Shown: piece after piece, positions 19,136 to 29,511 of the stretch
Numbering within the stretch: the stretch's first letter is position 1
Layout of the letters: every line of letters starts with the position of its first letter
NCBI GenBank assembly: GCA_963693095.2
Contig: OY843768.1
Span: forward strand, 1,344,001 to 1,408,000
DNA: 64,000 bases
Origin: Cenarchaeum sp.
GTDB taxonomy: Archaea > Thermoproteota > Nitrososphaeria > Nitrososphaerales > Nitrosopumilaceae
Direction: 5' to 3'
Program-made: the position numbers and the translations under genes
The notes under the pieces: model-generated
What the model saw: the letters and a program-made list of their open reading frames with translations, nothing else
The model's database searches: none
Told to the model about the DNA's origin: nothing

Positions 19136-20106
19136 CGCAACTGGCTCCGCGCCGCACGCGCAGCCTCGGCTATATTAACTGGAGCGATACCGTGCTTTTC
19201 GAGGAGTGTGGGTATCTCGGGGTCACGGCACGACTCGCCAAACGAGTCCTGCGCGCCGATACGCCGGACGGGAACGGGGTATCGCTCCGAGACGGCCTCG
19301 GCGACAGCTGAGCCCATCCCGCCCATGACGTTGTGCTCCTCGCATGTCACGATGCAGCCAGTCTCGCGCGCCGAGGACTCGAGCGTTACCGCATCAAGCG
19401 GCTTTACCGAAAAGACGTCGATGACACGCGCCGAGATGCCCTCGGCGGCAAGCGAGCGCGCCGCCTCGAGTGCCATGCTGACCGTGATGCCGCATGCTGC
19501 GATCGTGCAGTCCGAGCCCTCGCGAACCGTGATTGCGCCGCCAACGGAGAACTCCTGGGACGGCCCGTGGACTCGCGGAACCTTTGAGCGCGCCATGCGC
19601 ATGTAGAAGGGGCCATACGCAGATGCCATCGTCATGGTCAGCGCGCGCACTGCAGACGCGTCAGCGGGGATGAGAACGCGCATGTTTGGTATTGCGCGCA
19701 TGATGGCAATGTCTTCGAGCTGCTGGTGGGATCCCCCGTCGGCCCCAACGGAGAGTCCGCCGTGCGAGACCACAATCTTTACGTTTAGGCCGCGCCGCTC
19801 GGCGCGAGTCGGGTATGCGACTGCATTGCGTATCTGGTCGACTGCCCTGCCGGGCAGAAAGATCGCATACGTGCTCACAAACGCCGTCTTGCCCGAGGCC
19901 GCAAGGCCCGCACCGACTGAGACGAGGTTTGCCTCGGCAATCCCGACATTGACAAACCTCTCTGGATATTTTGCGCCAAATGCGGCAGTCTTTAGCGAGT
20001 CAGTCGTGTCTGCGCCAAGGACGACGATCTCGGCGTTCTTTTCGCCAAGCTCGACTAGCGTGCGCCCATATTCTGTCCTCATGTCCCCCATCTCTGGCGC
20101 GCTCAA
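19132..20106 (-). CDS. Transketolase C-terminal subunit
   Basis: NVGIAEANL, DGGSHQ, KPLD, EEHNVMGG motifs; TTG start overlapping upstream stop. Confidence 0.92.
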   Translation of the reverse strand: MSAPEMGDMRTEYGRTLVELGEKNAEIVVLGADTTDSLKTAAFGAKYPERFVNVGIAEANLVSVGAGLAASGKTAFVSTYAIFLPGRAVDQIRNAVAYPTRAERRGLNVKIVVSHGGLSVGADGGSHQQLEDIAIMRAIPNMRVLIPADASAVRALTMTMASAYGPFYMRMARSKVPRVHGPSQEFSVGGAITVREGSDCTIAACGITVSMALEAARSLAAEGISARVIDVFSVKPLDAVTLESSARETGCIVTCEEHNVMGGMGSAVAEAVSERYPVPVRRIGAQDSFGESCRDPEIPTLLEKHGIAPVNIAEAARAARSQLR

Positions 20107-21770
20107 GTCAGTCCTGCCTCCCTGGCCATCTCCTCGAGCTCTGCGCGCGCATTGCCAATCTCGTGGAGCGCTATCCACTCCGAGACGAGCTCTGTCCCTC
20201 CGACGCCGTGCGCGCGCCTCAGGAGCATCAGGCGCCGCGCGCGCCGGATCGCCACGCCAAACTCGGCGATCGCCGCGCTCGCATCAGGCTTGCCCATTAT
20301 CGCGCCCCCGCCGACTAGGACGCGCGCACCATCATCAAAGCACGCGCCCGCATTCTCCGCGTTGACCCCGCCGTCGGCCTCGATGTCACCGGCAAATCCC
20401 GCGCGCGCAAGCGAGTCGCGAACCGCGCGAGCCTTGTCATGCGTGGACTCGATGTATTTTTGGCCAGACTTGCCCGGCTCGACGGACATTACGATGACCT
20501 GGTCGAGCGTCGGCGCATAGCGCGCAGCCCATTCAGGCAGGTCCGTTGCCGGATTTATCGCAAGGCCAACGCCCACTCCGGCGGCGCGGAGCGCATCGTG
20601 CATCTCGCCGAAGGCCGCCTCGTCGCAGACCTCGGCGTGAACCGTCACAATGTCGGCCCCCGCATCGACATACGAGGCGATCTGCCTTGCGGGCTCGGCT
20701 ATCATAAGGTGGACGTCAAATGGCAGGAGCGTGAGCGGGCGCAGCTCGGCGACCTTGTCGGCCCCAAACGTCGTGGCCGGAACAAACTTGCCGTCCATGA
20801 CATCAAGGTGCACATAGTCTGCCCCGCCACGATCGCAGCGCGTCACCTCGCCGGCAAGGTCTGCCATGTCTCCGGCAATGATCGAGGGCGCCACCATCGT
20901 CTGCGAGTCGAGCTCGTCATCCACTAGCGGCGCAATCTGCGGTTTTGGCGCGCGCCCGTGCCATGCGGGATTGTCGGCCATGTGCTCAACGCCATTTCCC
21001 TTTACCGTGCGCGCGACTATGGCCGTCGGCACGCCGCGCGCCTGGCCTGCGCGGCGCAGCGCGTCGCTGACCTGCTCTATCCTGTGGCCGTCTATCTCTA
21101 TGACGTTCCACCCAAATGCGCGCCACTTGTCTCCGGTTCGCCAGAGCGACTCGTCTGTGCGCGAGTCGCCAACGTCGGTTCCGGCCGGTCCGCCATCAAG
21201 CGGCATCACGTGCTCTGTGTACGAGTCCTGCTGGACAAAGTTGCGATCCATGACAACGGCAAGGTTGTCGAGGCGGTACTTTGATGCAGTCATCGCCGCC
21301 TCCCAGACCTGGCCCTCGTCGGCCTCGCCGTCACCGATTATCGTATAGACGCGCGAGTCGCGCCCGTCCATCCTTGCGGCCAGCGCGGTCCCAACGGAGA
21401 ACGAGAGGCCGATGCCAAGTGAGCCGCCACAGAACTCGACGCCGGGGCACTTTAGGTCAGGGTGCCCCTGCAGGCGGCTCCCGAGCCGGCGGAGCGTGGC
21501 GATCTCTGACTCGTCAAAGTAGCCGGCAACGGCGAGTGATGAGTAGAGGCCGGGGGCAGCATGGCCCTTTGAGAGGACGAGTCTGTCGCGATCCTCCCAG
21601 AGCGGCCTTGAGGGCTCGTGGCGCATGTGCGCAAAGAGGAGCGTGCCGACGATCTCGGCCATCGAGAGCGAGCCTCCGGGGTGGCCCGAACCGGCTAGCG
21701 TCGTGGCCTTTATGACGAGCTTGCGCGCGCGTCTCACGGATCGGCGGGCTCGGCTATAGTTTGAGGCCAA
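20103..21770 (-). CDS. Transketolase N-terminal subunit fused to ribulose-phosphate 3-epimerase
   Basis: SGHPGGSLS, LSKGHA, GDGE TPP motif, WHG; then APSII, HLDVMDG, DVHLMI, MSVEPG, ADGGVN (RPE). Confidence 0.92.
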   Translation of the reverse strand: MASNYSRARRSVRRARKLVIKATTLAGSGHPGGSLSMAEIVGTLLFAHMRHEPSRPLWEDRDRLVLSKGHAAPGLYSSLAVAGYFDESEIATLRRLGSRLQGHPDLKCPGVEFCGGSLGIGLSFSVGTALAARMDGRDSRVYTIIGDGEADEGQVWEAAMTASKYRLDNLAVVMDRNFVQQDSYTEHVMPLDGGPAGTDVGDSRTDESLWRTGDKWRAFGWNVIEIDGHRIEQVSDALRRAGQARGVPTAIVARTVKGNGVEHMADNPAWHGRAPKPQIAPLVDDELDSQTMVAPSIIAGDMADLAGEVTRCDRGGADYVHLDVMDGKFVPATTFGADKVAELRPLTLLPFDVHLMIAEPARQIASYVDAGADIVTVHAEVCDEAAFGEMHDALRAAGVGVGLAINPATDLPEWAARYAPTLDQVIVMSVEPGKSGQKYIESTHDKARAVRDSLARAGFAGDIEADGGVNAENAGACFDDGARVLVGGGAIMGKPDASAAIAEFGVAIRRARRLMLLRRAHGVGGTELVSEWIALHEIGNARAELEEMAREAGLT

Positions 21771-21849
21771 CTGGGACGCGGCTCCGCGCACGTGCGCTTA
21801 AAAGCGTATTGTGGAAATTTTAATTTGCGGGGCAGTTCACGCGCCGATC

Positions 21850-22266
21850 ATGGACATTGGGGAGATCGAGCCCATAGTGCTGTATGACAACGAGTGCTCA
21901 TCATGCTCGACGTTTGCGCGCGCAGTCGATGTGGCCTCGCGCAGGCGCCTCTCGATCGTGGGCCACTATACGAGCCTGGGCGCCGAGCTTCGCGAGGCCA
22001 TAGGCGACGGGGCAGGCGACATGTTCTGGGTCCTTGATCGCGGGTATGCGCATGGCGGGAGGGCCGGCCTTGCGCGCCTTGCGATGCGGATATTGCGGGG
22101 CAGGCGCGCACGGCGGCGCGTTCCCATGGGTGGCTCGACGTGCTCGGACTCGTGCGGCGGGCCGCGCGCAGTGGTGTTTCGCTCCTGCAGCGCACTCACG
22201 AGGAGCCGCGTCGTGCGCGTTGGGCAGCACGGTCTAAATACCGACATTGGCGAGGGTCGCGCATGA
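21850..22266 (+). CDS. DCC1-like (DUF393) thiol-disulfide oxidoreductase family protein
   Basis: VLYDNECSSC (DxxCxxC) N-terminal motif. Confidence 0.7.
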   Translation: MDIGEIEPIVLYDNECSSCSTFARAVDVASRRRLSIVGHYTSLGAELREAIGDGAGDMFWVLDRGYAHGGRAGLARLAMRILRGRRARRRVPMGGSTCSDSCGGPRAVVFRSCSALTRSRVVRVGQHGLNTDIGEGRA

Positions 22267-23734
22267 AGATAGTCGCAGAGCGTGGTGCGCCATCTGGGAG
22301 ACGTGCGGGCGCGCTGTGCGTGTTTGCGACAGAGTCTCCGGTTCGCGTATATTCACTAGAGGGAATTGACTCGCGCCTTGCGCGCGCGGCCAAAAAGGCC
22401 GCCGAGGACGGCGCGGCGGCTGCGGGCGCAACGTCCACAATCGACACCATGGGCCTTGCGGGAGCGGCGCGCATCATCGTGGCCGGAGTCGGCGCGAGGG
22501 CCGATGCTGATGGCGAGTCGCTTCGCAATGCGGCCGGAGCTGCCGCACAGGCCGCCGAGGACGTCCGCGCGGGGGACATCGCCATTGCCGTGCCCTCCGG
22601 GATTCTGCGCGGCGAGGTCGAGGCGGCTGCTTGCATCACCGAGGGCGCACGCCTTGCGCTATACTCGTTTGGGAGGTTTGGCAAGCCAAAAAAGCGCCAT
22701 GTCTCGACAATTCACATCATGTATCGCGGGGCTCCTGCAGTGGCCGCAGCAGTCAGGCGTGCGGCAGCCGTGGCCGATGCCGTCGTGTTTGCGCGCGATG
22801 CGGCCAACATGCCGCCCAACGAGTGCACGCCATCAACGCTTGCCTCACTCGCGCGGCGCGCCGGCCCGCGCATAAAGTGCCGCATAATGTCAGGGGCTGA
22901 GCTGCACAAGCGCGGATTCGGCGGGATCACCGCAGTGGGCGGCGCTAGCCGAAACACGCCACGCCTTATAGTCATGGAGCACACCGGCGCGCCACGCTCG
23001 CGCCGGCCAGTCCTCATAGTGGGCAAGGCAGTCACGTTTGACACGGGCGGCATATCGCTAAAGCCCGGCGAGAGGATGGACGAGATGAAGTTTGACAAGT
23101 GCGGCGGATGCGCCGTTCTTGGCATAATGAAGGCGATCGCATCGCTCAAGGTTCGCGACAACGTGATCGGAATTGTTCCGGCAGTGGAGAACATGCCCGG
23201 CGGCGGAGCGTACAGGCCGGGCGACATTGTAACGCTATACAGCAAAAAGACCGCCGAGATACTAAACACGGATGCGGAGGGACGCCTCATACTGGCCGAC
23301 GCGATGGCGTACGGGAGCAGACATACAAGCCACGCGCGATACTGGACATGGCAACTCTGACAGGGGCGTGCATTGTGGCCCTTGGCGCAAGCACCGCCGG
23401 ACTCATCAGCACGAGTGACGCGCTGGCGCGCTCACTAGAGCGCGCATCGTCGAGAACCGGCGAGCGCGTGTGGCGGCTTCCGATCGACGATGACTATATC
23501 GGCATGATAGACTCAAAGGTCGCCGACATGAGAAACATGGGCATCGGGCGCACGGCCGGCACAATAGCTGCGGCGGCATTTCTGCGCCGCGCAATAGGCA
23601 AGACCCCATGGGCGCACCTCGACATAGCCGGACCGGCCTGGACACAGATCGGCACGGTTCGCCGCTCGTACAATGGCGGCGGCGCAACCGGATTTGGCGT
23701 GCGCCTTGTGACCGAGTACCTCACGGCTCAATAG
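22263..23734 (+). pseudogene. pepA: Leucyl aminopeptidase (M17), split by a 1-nt frameshift at ~23313-23315
   Basis: GKAVTFDTGG, MKFDKCGG, NTDAEGRL in one frame; ATLTGA, WAHLDIAG, ATGFGVR in another; may be a sequencing error. Confidence 0.85.
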
Positions 23735-23856
23735 CCACGGCTGTTGCGGTCTGGCTTTGAGGACGACGCGTTGCGCCACCCGTGCTTTTCCATCATGTGG
23801 TTGAGCAGCCTAATATCGCCGTCGAGGGTCTCGCCGCATATGGCACATGTGCTCAT
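23728..23856 (-). CDS. Small C2H2-type zinc-finger protein (42 aa)
   Basis: MSTCAICGETLDGDIRLLNHMMEKH = CxxC-x12-H-x4-H. Confidence 0.6.
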   Translation of the reverse strand: MSTCAICGETLDGDIRLLNHMMEKHGWRNASSSKPDRNSRGY

Positions 23857-23894
23857 CTGTGCGCCGTGCGCAGAGTCCCCCCTAAAATGGATAA

Positions 23895-24009
23895 TGCCAG
23901 CACTGTTGCTTCCCAAGGGCTCTCGCACCTTAGTAGCACAACAGCGATGCCGGGTTTGACTTCCAAGTTCGGAATGGGGTTGGGTCGCACCCCGGCTCTA
24001 TGGCCGGCT
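23895..24009 (-). rRNA. rrf: 5S rRNA (stand-alone)
   Basis: Reverse strand GCCGGCCATAG...CCCATTCCGAACTTGGAAGTCAAACC...GGGAAGCAACAGTGCTGGC; CCGAAC loop and terminal helix. Confidence 0.92.
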
Positions 24010-24205
24010 TGTCAGAATTGCGATGCGTGGCGCGTTATTAAGGTAGCGTGCCCACGTGCGAGGTTTGCCGCCCCGCGCCCCCCACATGGCCCTCCGCGCA
24101 GGGGGAATCCCTGCAGGGGCCCCTAGCACGGGCGTTCGCGCGCGCCCTGCGGCCCACAGTGCTGCGGACTACGGTTTAAAGCCACGCGCCCTGCGCGCGG
24201 CACGC

Positions 24206-25993
24206 ATGACCCACAGGGTGGCAGTACTTGACATGGATCTCTGCCAACCGCGCAAGTGCGGCCTGGAGTGCGTAAAGTACTGCCCCGTCAACAAGTCCGG
24301 CGCCGAGTGCGTCGTCCTCGACGAAGAGTCCAAAAAGGCACGCATCGACGAGGACATCTGCAACGGGTGCGGCATATGCGTAAAGGTCTGCCCTTTTGAC
24401 GCAATAACGATCGTAAACCTCGCAACAGAGCTCTCGACTGACAAGATCCACCAGTACGGGCCAAACTCGTTTCGGCTGTATCGTCTCCCCGTTCCAAAAA
24501 AGGGCGAGGTCGTCGGGCTCCTGGGCCGCAACGGGATAGGCAAGAGCACCGTCGTGAACATACTTGCCGGCAACCTCGTGCCAAACATGGGCAACCACGC
24601 CAGCCCGCCGTCGTGGGACGACATACTGGAAATGACACCAAATATCGAGCTACGCACGCACCTTGGCGCCATACGCGATGGCAGCATGCGCGCGGCAATA
24701 AAGCCGCAGCAGACCCAGGGGATCTCGCGCGCGTTTGACGGGACGGCCTCTGAGCTGGTTGAAAAGTATGACGAGCGCGGCGAATCACGCACGCTAGTCG
24801 AGTCGCTCGGGTTGCGCAACTCCATGGAGCGCCACGTCAACGAGCTTAGCGGAGGCGAGCTCCAGAGGCTTGCAGTTGCCATATCGGCCTCGCGCGATGC
24901 GGACTATTACTTTTTTGATGAGCCATCCTCGCACAATGACGTGTTTCAGAGAAACGGCGTCGCGCGCGTCATTCGCGGCCTGGCCGCGCAGTCAAAGTCT
25001 GTCATGGTAGTGGAGCACGACCTGGCAATGCTCGACTTTTTGAGCGACTATATCGAGGTCATGTACGGCGAGCCGGCCGCATACGGCATCGTCTCGGGCA
25101 TCCTGTCGGCGAGAACCGGAATCAACACGTTCCTTGACGGGTACCTGCCCGGCGAGAACGTGCGCTTTCGCGACAAGGGGTTCACGTTTGAGGCGTCCTC
25201 CTCGAGCGGGGCGTTCGCCGATGCGCCAGAGAGCGTCGCGTATCCTGCCCTCTCGAGATCATTTGAGGGCTTTGCGCTCACAGTGGAGCCCGGCCGCGTT
25301 CGGCGCGGCGAGGTTCTCGGCATGATGGGCGCAAACGCGCTAGGCAAGACGACGATGATGCGCATGCTCGCCGGAGTCGAGCCGTCTGACTCGGGCTCCG
25401 TCGACAAGAGGGCAAGGATATCGCACAAGCCCCAGTATGTGGAGGCTCGCGAGGGCACGCTCGTCTCCGAGGCGCTCTCGGCGGCGCACGGAGCTCCCAT
25501 AGAGGGAAGTGACGGCGAGTCCCAGATTGCCGCGCCGCTGCGCCTGCCAAAGTTCTACACCAAGGATATTGGGCGCCTGTCCGGCGGCGAGCTCCAAAAG
25601 GTCGCCGTTGCCTCGTGCCTCCTCCAGGAGGCAGACCTGTACGCGCTAGACGAGCCGTCGGCATTTCTTGACGTCGAGGACCGCATAGCAGTCGCAAAGT
25701 TCATCCAGCGGTTTGCGCGATCGCACGCAAGGTCAGTCATCGTGATAGACCATGACCTGCAGCTCATGGATATCGTCTCAGACACGATGGTAGTCTTTGA
25801 GGGCGAGCCTGGCAGGTCTGGCCACGCCAGCGCACCGCTGCCAAAACCTGAGGCGATGAACCGCTTTTTGGGATCACTTGGCGTCTCGTTTAGGCGCGAT
25901 GAGAGGTCACGGCGCCCAAGGATAAACAAGCAGGGCAGCCGCCTTGACCGTGAGCAAAAGTCATCAGGCAGCAACTATTACGCACAGCCATGA
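24206..25993 (+). CDS. Ribosome recycling ATPase ABCE1/RLI
   Basis: N-terminal 2x[4Fe-4S] Cys motifs, two Walker A (GRNGIGKS, GANALGKT), LSGGELQ twice, RPRINK. Confidence 0.95.
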   Translation: MTHRVAVLDMDLCQPRKCGLECVKYCPVNKSGAECVVLDEESKKARIDEDICNGCGICVKVCPFDAITIVNLATELSTDKIHQYGPNSFRLYRLPVPKKGEVVGLLGRNGIGKSTVVNILAGNLVPNMGNHASPPSWDDILEMTPNIELRTHLGAIRDGSMRAAIKPQQTQGISRAFDGTASELVEKYDERGESRTLVESLGLRNSMERHVNELSGGELQRLAVAISASRDADYYFFDEPSSHNDVFQRNGVARVIRGLAAQSKSVMVVEHDLAMLDFLSDYIEVMYGEPAAYGIVSGILSARTGINTFLDGYLPGENVRFRDKGFTFEASSSSGAFADAPESVAYPALSRSFEGFALTVEPGRVRRGEVLGMMGANALGKTTMMRMLAGVEPSDSGSVDKRARISHKPQYVEAREGTLVSEALSAAHGAPIEGSDGESQIAAPLRLPKFYTKDIGRLSGGELQKVAVASCLLQEADLYALDEPSAFLDVEDRIAVAKFIQRFARSHARSVIVIDHDLQLMDIVSDTMVVFEGEPGRSGHASAPLPKPEAMNRFLGSLGVSFRRDERSRRPRINKQGSRLDREQKSSGSNYYAQP

Positions 25994-26829
25994 CACGTGC
26001 GCTTCGCCGTGCGCTAGCCGGCACGCTCAGCGATGATGAGGCCGAGGCGCTATGCTCGTCCTTTGACCAGATAGGCGACGTTGCCATAGTGCGCATACCC
26101 GATGCGCTGCGCGCGCGCCGGCGCGATATTGGTACGGCCGTGCTAGCGCAGGCCAGCGGGGCCACGCGCGTGTTCTGCCAGGTCTCAGACGTGTCAGGGG
26201 ACTATCGCACTCGCGATCTCGAGCTCATCGCCGGCGAGGGCGGAACAGTGACGATCCACCGTGAGCACGGCTGCGAGATGCAAGTCGATGTGGCCGGCGC
26301 GTTCTTTTCCCCGCGCCTTTCCACCGAGAGGGCGCGCATTGCGTCGCTAACGGCTGACGGCGAGACTGTCCTCAACATGTTTGGCGGCGTTGGCGCGTTC
26401 TCGCTAGTCGCCGCAAAGTCCACGCGCTGCACCGTTCACAATATCGACATCAACCCGCTCGCCATTGACCTCTGCACGGCAAACATTGCGCGCAACAGGC
26501 TTGCCGGCACGGTGATCGCCTCATGCGGCGATGCGGCCGAGGCTGTTCCGGCGTGGTCAAGCCGCGAGGTCGCCGACCGCACGCTCATGCTCCTGCCAGA
26601 GAGGTCTGCAGAGTTCCTAGAAATTGCAGTTGCGGCCACGCGACCGGGCGGGACGATCCACTATTACTCTCATGTCCATGCCGACTCAAAGTCGCTTGCG
26701 GCGCCAAATGCCGCACGCGAGCTCATCGACATTGCGCCGCAGGGCACAGGCGTGGCCCACTCGCGCATAGTCAGGCCGGTCGGACCGCGCTATTACCAGA
26801 CAGTAGTTGATGCGATCCTGCCCTGCTAG
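25990..26829 (+). CDS. Trm5/Taw2 (Met-10+) family tRNA methyltransferase
   Basis: FDQIGDVA, FFSPRLSTER, NMFGGVG, DINP. Confidence 0.85.
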   Translation: MTRALRRALAGTLSDDEAEALCSSFDQIGDVAIVRIPDALRARRRDIGTAVLAQASGATRVFCQVSDVSGDYRTRDLELIAGEGGTVTIHREHGCEMQVDVAGAFFSPRLSTERARIASLTADGETVLNMFGGVGAFSLVAAKSTRCTVHNIDINPLAIDLCTANIARNRLAGTVIASCGDAAEAVPAWSSREVADRTLMLLPERSAEFLEIAVAATRPGGTIHYYSHVHADSKSLAAPNAARELIDIAPQGTGVAHSRIVRPVGPRYYQTVVDAILPC

Positions 26830-27059
26830 GGCGACTCGTCATCATCCATCGGAACTACGATCGACGGTATCTTGCGCGTTGTGGCCATTGTGTAGCCGAC
26901 CCACGATATTGCGCCAAGAACCCCGCCGGCAATCATGAGAACCGAGAGCTGCATCACTATGGGGCTCCACTCAGACAGCATGAGAAGGTATGCGTACACA
27001 AAGAACGCCACAATGCACAGCACAAATATCGTCACGCCAAGCGCGCTACGCCGCTCCAT
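26826..27059 (-). CDS. Small two-TM archaeal membrane protein
   Basis: Two hydrophobic helices ending in WVGYTMATT. Confidence 0.65.
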   Translation of the reverse strand: MERRSALGVTIFVLCIVAFFVYAYLLMLSEWSPIVMQLSVLMIAGGVLGAISWVGYTMATTRKIPSIVVPMDDDESP

Positions 27060-27085
27060 GCGCATCGTGCGCACACGGGTCGTAT

Positions 27086-27592
27086 TTATTGATTGTTCTG
27101 CGTCTCTATTGACATTATGAACGCGTCCTCGCCGTCTCGATAGTACGAGTTCTGGCGGCTTCGCACAGAAAAGCCGAGCTTTTCGTACATGGTAACGGCA
27201 CGCACGTTGCTGCACCTGACCTCGAGGTAAAACTCGTGGCATGACCTGAGGTTGACTCCGTTTATGGCCTCCTCAACGAGTGCCGTGCCAAGGCCCGCGC
27301 GCCTCGAGTCCGGCAGTATCGCTATGGAGACGAGGTGCGCCTTTTTGACAAAGCCGAGGCGCTTAAAGTTTGAAAACCCGTGCTCGATCTTGCAGATGAC
27401 ATATCCGACGACCTTGCCGCCAGACTCGGCCACCAGGAACGCCTCTGGGCAGTCCTTGAGAAGCTCCTCGTAGAAATAGTCCGAATAGTGCTCTGGAAGA
27501 GTCTTTAGGTTGATCTCTATTACGGGGATTAGGTCTTCGTGGGCCGCCCTGCGTATGACGCATCCGGCGTGCTCCCTCTGGCATGGTTGCAC
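27086..27592 (-). CDS. N-terminal acetyltransferase (Ard1/RimI GNAT)
   Basis: INLKTLPEHY, HLVSIA, RRAGLG, LEVRCSN, YYRDGEDA; GTG start inferred. Confidence 0.9.
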   Translation of the reverse strand: MQPCQREHAGCVIRRAAHEDLIPVIEINLKTLPEHYSDYFYEELLKDCPEAFLVAESGGKVVGYVICKIEHGFSNFKRLGFVKKAHLVSIAILPDSRRAGLGTALVEEAINGVNLRSCHEFYLEVRCSNVRAVTMYEKLGFSVRSRQNSYYRDGEDAFIMSIETQNNQ

Positions 27593-27866
27593 CGCGCAGC
27601 GCGCCGTAGGCGCCCCATTAAGTAGTGTTCGGCGCCGACGCGCATGGCAGAGGCAGGTGCGCAAGATCCGCGTGTCGTGTCACGTCGAGCAGGTGCCAGG
27701 GGGAGCCATGCGAGCCCTTGTGTGCCGCATGTGCGGCAAGGGGACAGGGCGCGCGAGTTCACGACGAGGAGGCCATGGACGTGTGAGGCGTGCCCCGGCA
27801 AGAGGGGACGGTGCGCGCAGGCGCGGACAAGGGTTAATTACGGGATTGCTCACCCATTGCGCGCGT

Positions 27867-27939
27867 GGCCCCCGTAGTATAGTGGCTAGTATAGGGGATT
27901 GTGGATCCCCGGGCAGGGGTTCGATTCTCCTCGGGGGCC
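27867..27939 (+). tRNA. tRNA-His(GTG)
   Basis: GCCCCCG/CGGGGGC acceptor stem, GGGGA-TTGTGGA-TCCCC anticodon arm, GGTTCGATT T-loop. Confidence 0.93.
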
Positions 27940-27947
27940 CTCCAACA

Positions 27948-29414
27948 TCACACGTCAACGCTCTTGCCGACCATGACTGACGTGACATTGTCGTGCATTG
28001 TCCGGTGGAGCTTTTCGTTCTGCCTCTCGGTGTGTATGGGGACGAGGCGGCCTGCGCTGAGGCCGTCGATGACGCGCCTTATCTGGGTCCCGTCGCCATG
28101 GCCTGAGACGTGGAGCTTGTGCCACTGCCTGTCACTGCCAATGAGGCCAAACTTGGCAAGCCAGTTCTTTACCTGGCCCTCCTGGCGCTCCATGTCGGGA
28201 TCAAAGGGCTCGGTGAGCGATCGTATGTACGTCGAGCCCTGCGGTGGCCTTATGTCTATAAGGTTCTGGAGCGAAAAGTCATCGCAATAGTGGAGGTATT
28301 TTTTTGGGCTTGCTGCGATGTCACGATAGTCCAGGCGACTTGGGTGGTTCAAAAAGTCGCGCTTCCACTTGTCATAGTCGCGCGACAGCGCATCTTCAGG
28401 ATAGTTCTTGTCAATTAGTCCCCATGACCCGCGGTTTATGAATATGCCCACCTCGTCGAGGCGCGGATACGTTCCCGGAAGGTGCGTCTCAAACAGCTCA
28501 AGCAGGTATGCCTGCTTCATGTCCACAACTAGCATCCTTCCGGCCGCCTTTGCCGCAAGATAGAGCGAGTGGAGCCTGTCGAGGTCGCGCATCGGGTATC
28601 CGCACATGGCAAGGCCGTCTGTGGACTCCATGATCGAGGCAGCCTCTGTCTCAATCCATTCCTCTGTCCTTGCCGGCGTGTCAGGCTTGTTTGATATTCT
28701 CGTGCCCTCACAAAGCAGGAGATCAACTCCGGTCTTGGCTCCCCGCTTGACAAAGCGCTCAGTCGACTTTGCGCGCCGGCCGTGGAAGCGCAGGTCGGCC
28801 GTGTTTGCCAGCGTGCCAGATGACGTGTGAAGAATTAGCGCACACGCGCCGGGAAGCGAGTGATCGACCTCCCAGGGCTCGACCTCAATGTCGCCGACGC
28901 GGAACTTTTTGCCGCTCTCCATGGTGCGAATCTCGCGCTCGCGCTTGTCCCTTGTGAGGCGTGTCCATTTTGACCTGTCGCTATAGACAAACTTTGTACG
29001 CAGGGTGGCAAGCTGGTGATCCTTGCCCGTGTCATCAAAGCACCTCATGATAAGCTCGGAGGCCTTTGTGCAGTATACGGGAATGTCCTCCCTGACATAG
29101 CCGAGGTATCCGCAGTGGTCAATGTGCGCATGCGTCAGGACAATGGCGTCAACAGGCGGCTCCTCTGCCCACTCGACGCCCATGTGCTCGGCATAGTCCT
29201 TGCGATAGAGCCCGTCTATGCGCGGGAGGAGGCCCAGCGCAAACATGTCAAGGAGTATATTGGAGGCCCGAGCCTTCCTGTACTCGGAAAAGTAGCGCCC
29301 CTCGGCTGCAAAGCTCATCCCAAAGTCCATCATTATCGAGGTCTCCCCGTCGCGCACGAGGAACTTGTTGCCGCCAATCTCGCCTACGCCCCCGTGAAAT
29401 GCCACCGATGCCAT
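27948..29414 (-). CDS. MBL-fold/beta-CASP RNase J-like nuclease
   Basis: GGVGEIGGN, THAHIDH, VDHS, ADLRFHG, EGT, HVSGH, PIHTE. Confidence 0.85.
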   Translation of the reverse strand: MASVAFHGGVGEIGGNKFLVRDGETSIMMDFGMSFAAEGRYFSEYRKARASNILLDMFALGLLPRIDGLYRKDYAEHMGVEWAEEPPVDAIVLTHAHIDHCGYLGYVREDIPVYCTKASELIMRCFDDTGKDHQLATLRTKFVYSDRSKWTRLTRDKREREIRTMESGKKFRVGDIEVEPWEVDHSLPGACALILHTSSGTLANTADLRFHGRRAKSTERFVKRGAKTGVDLLLCEGTRISNKPDTPARTEEWIETEAASIMESTDGLAMCGYPMRDLDRLHSLYLAAKAAGRMLVVDMKQAYLLELFETHLPGTYPRLDEVGIFINRGSWGLIDKNYPEDALSRDYDKWKRDFLNHPSRLDYRDIAASPKKYLHYCDDFSLQNLIDIRPPQGSTYIRSLTEPFDPDMERQEGQVKNWLAKFGLIGSDRQWHKLHVSGHGDGTQIRRVIDGLSAGRLVPIHTERQNEKLHRTMHDNVTSVMVGKSVDV

Positions 29415-29511
29415 TGGCTCCACGGCCTGTGCGGCGCAACTTTAACCCTTGTGCGCACGATTGCCGCCGGCGCCCCAAACAATTTTAAGCTCCGCCGCGT
29501 GGGGGTGCGCC

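Noticed and set aside
24040-24175. GC-rich hairpins between 5S rRNA and the ABCE1 gene as an ncRNA
   Set aside because: Short stems are expected at this GC content; no recognisable RNA family motif
27644-27840. Cys-rich short ORFs between the acetyltransferase gene and tRNA-His (CRMC and CEAC in different frames)
   Set aside because: No single frame gives a convincing protein; the nearby TATA is explained by the divergent gene. A frameshifted micro-gene cannot be excluded
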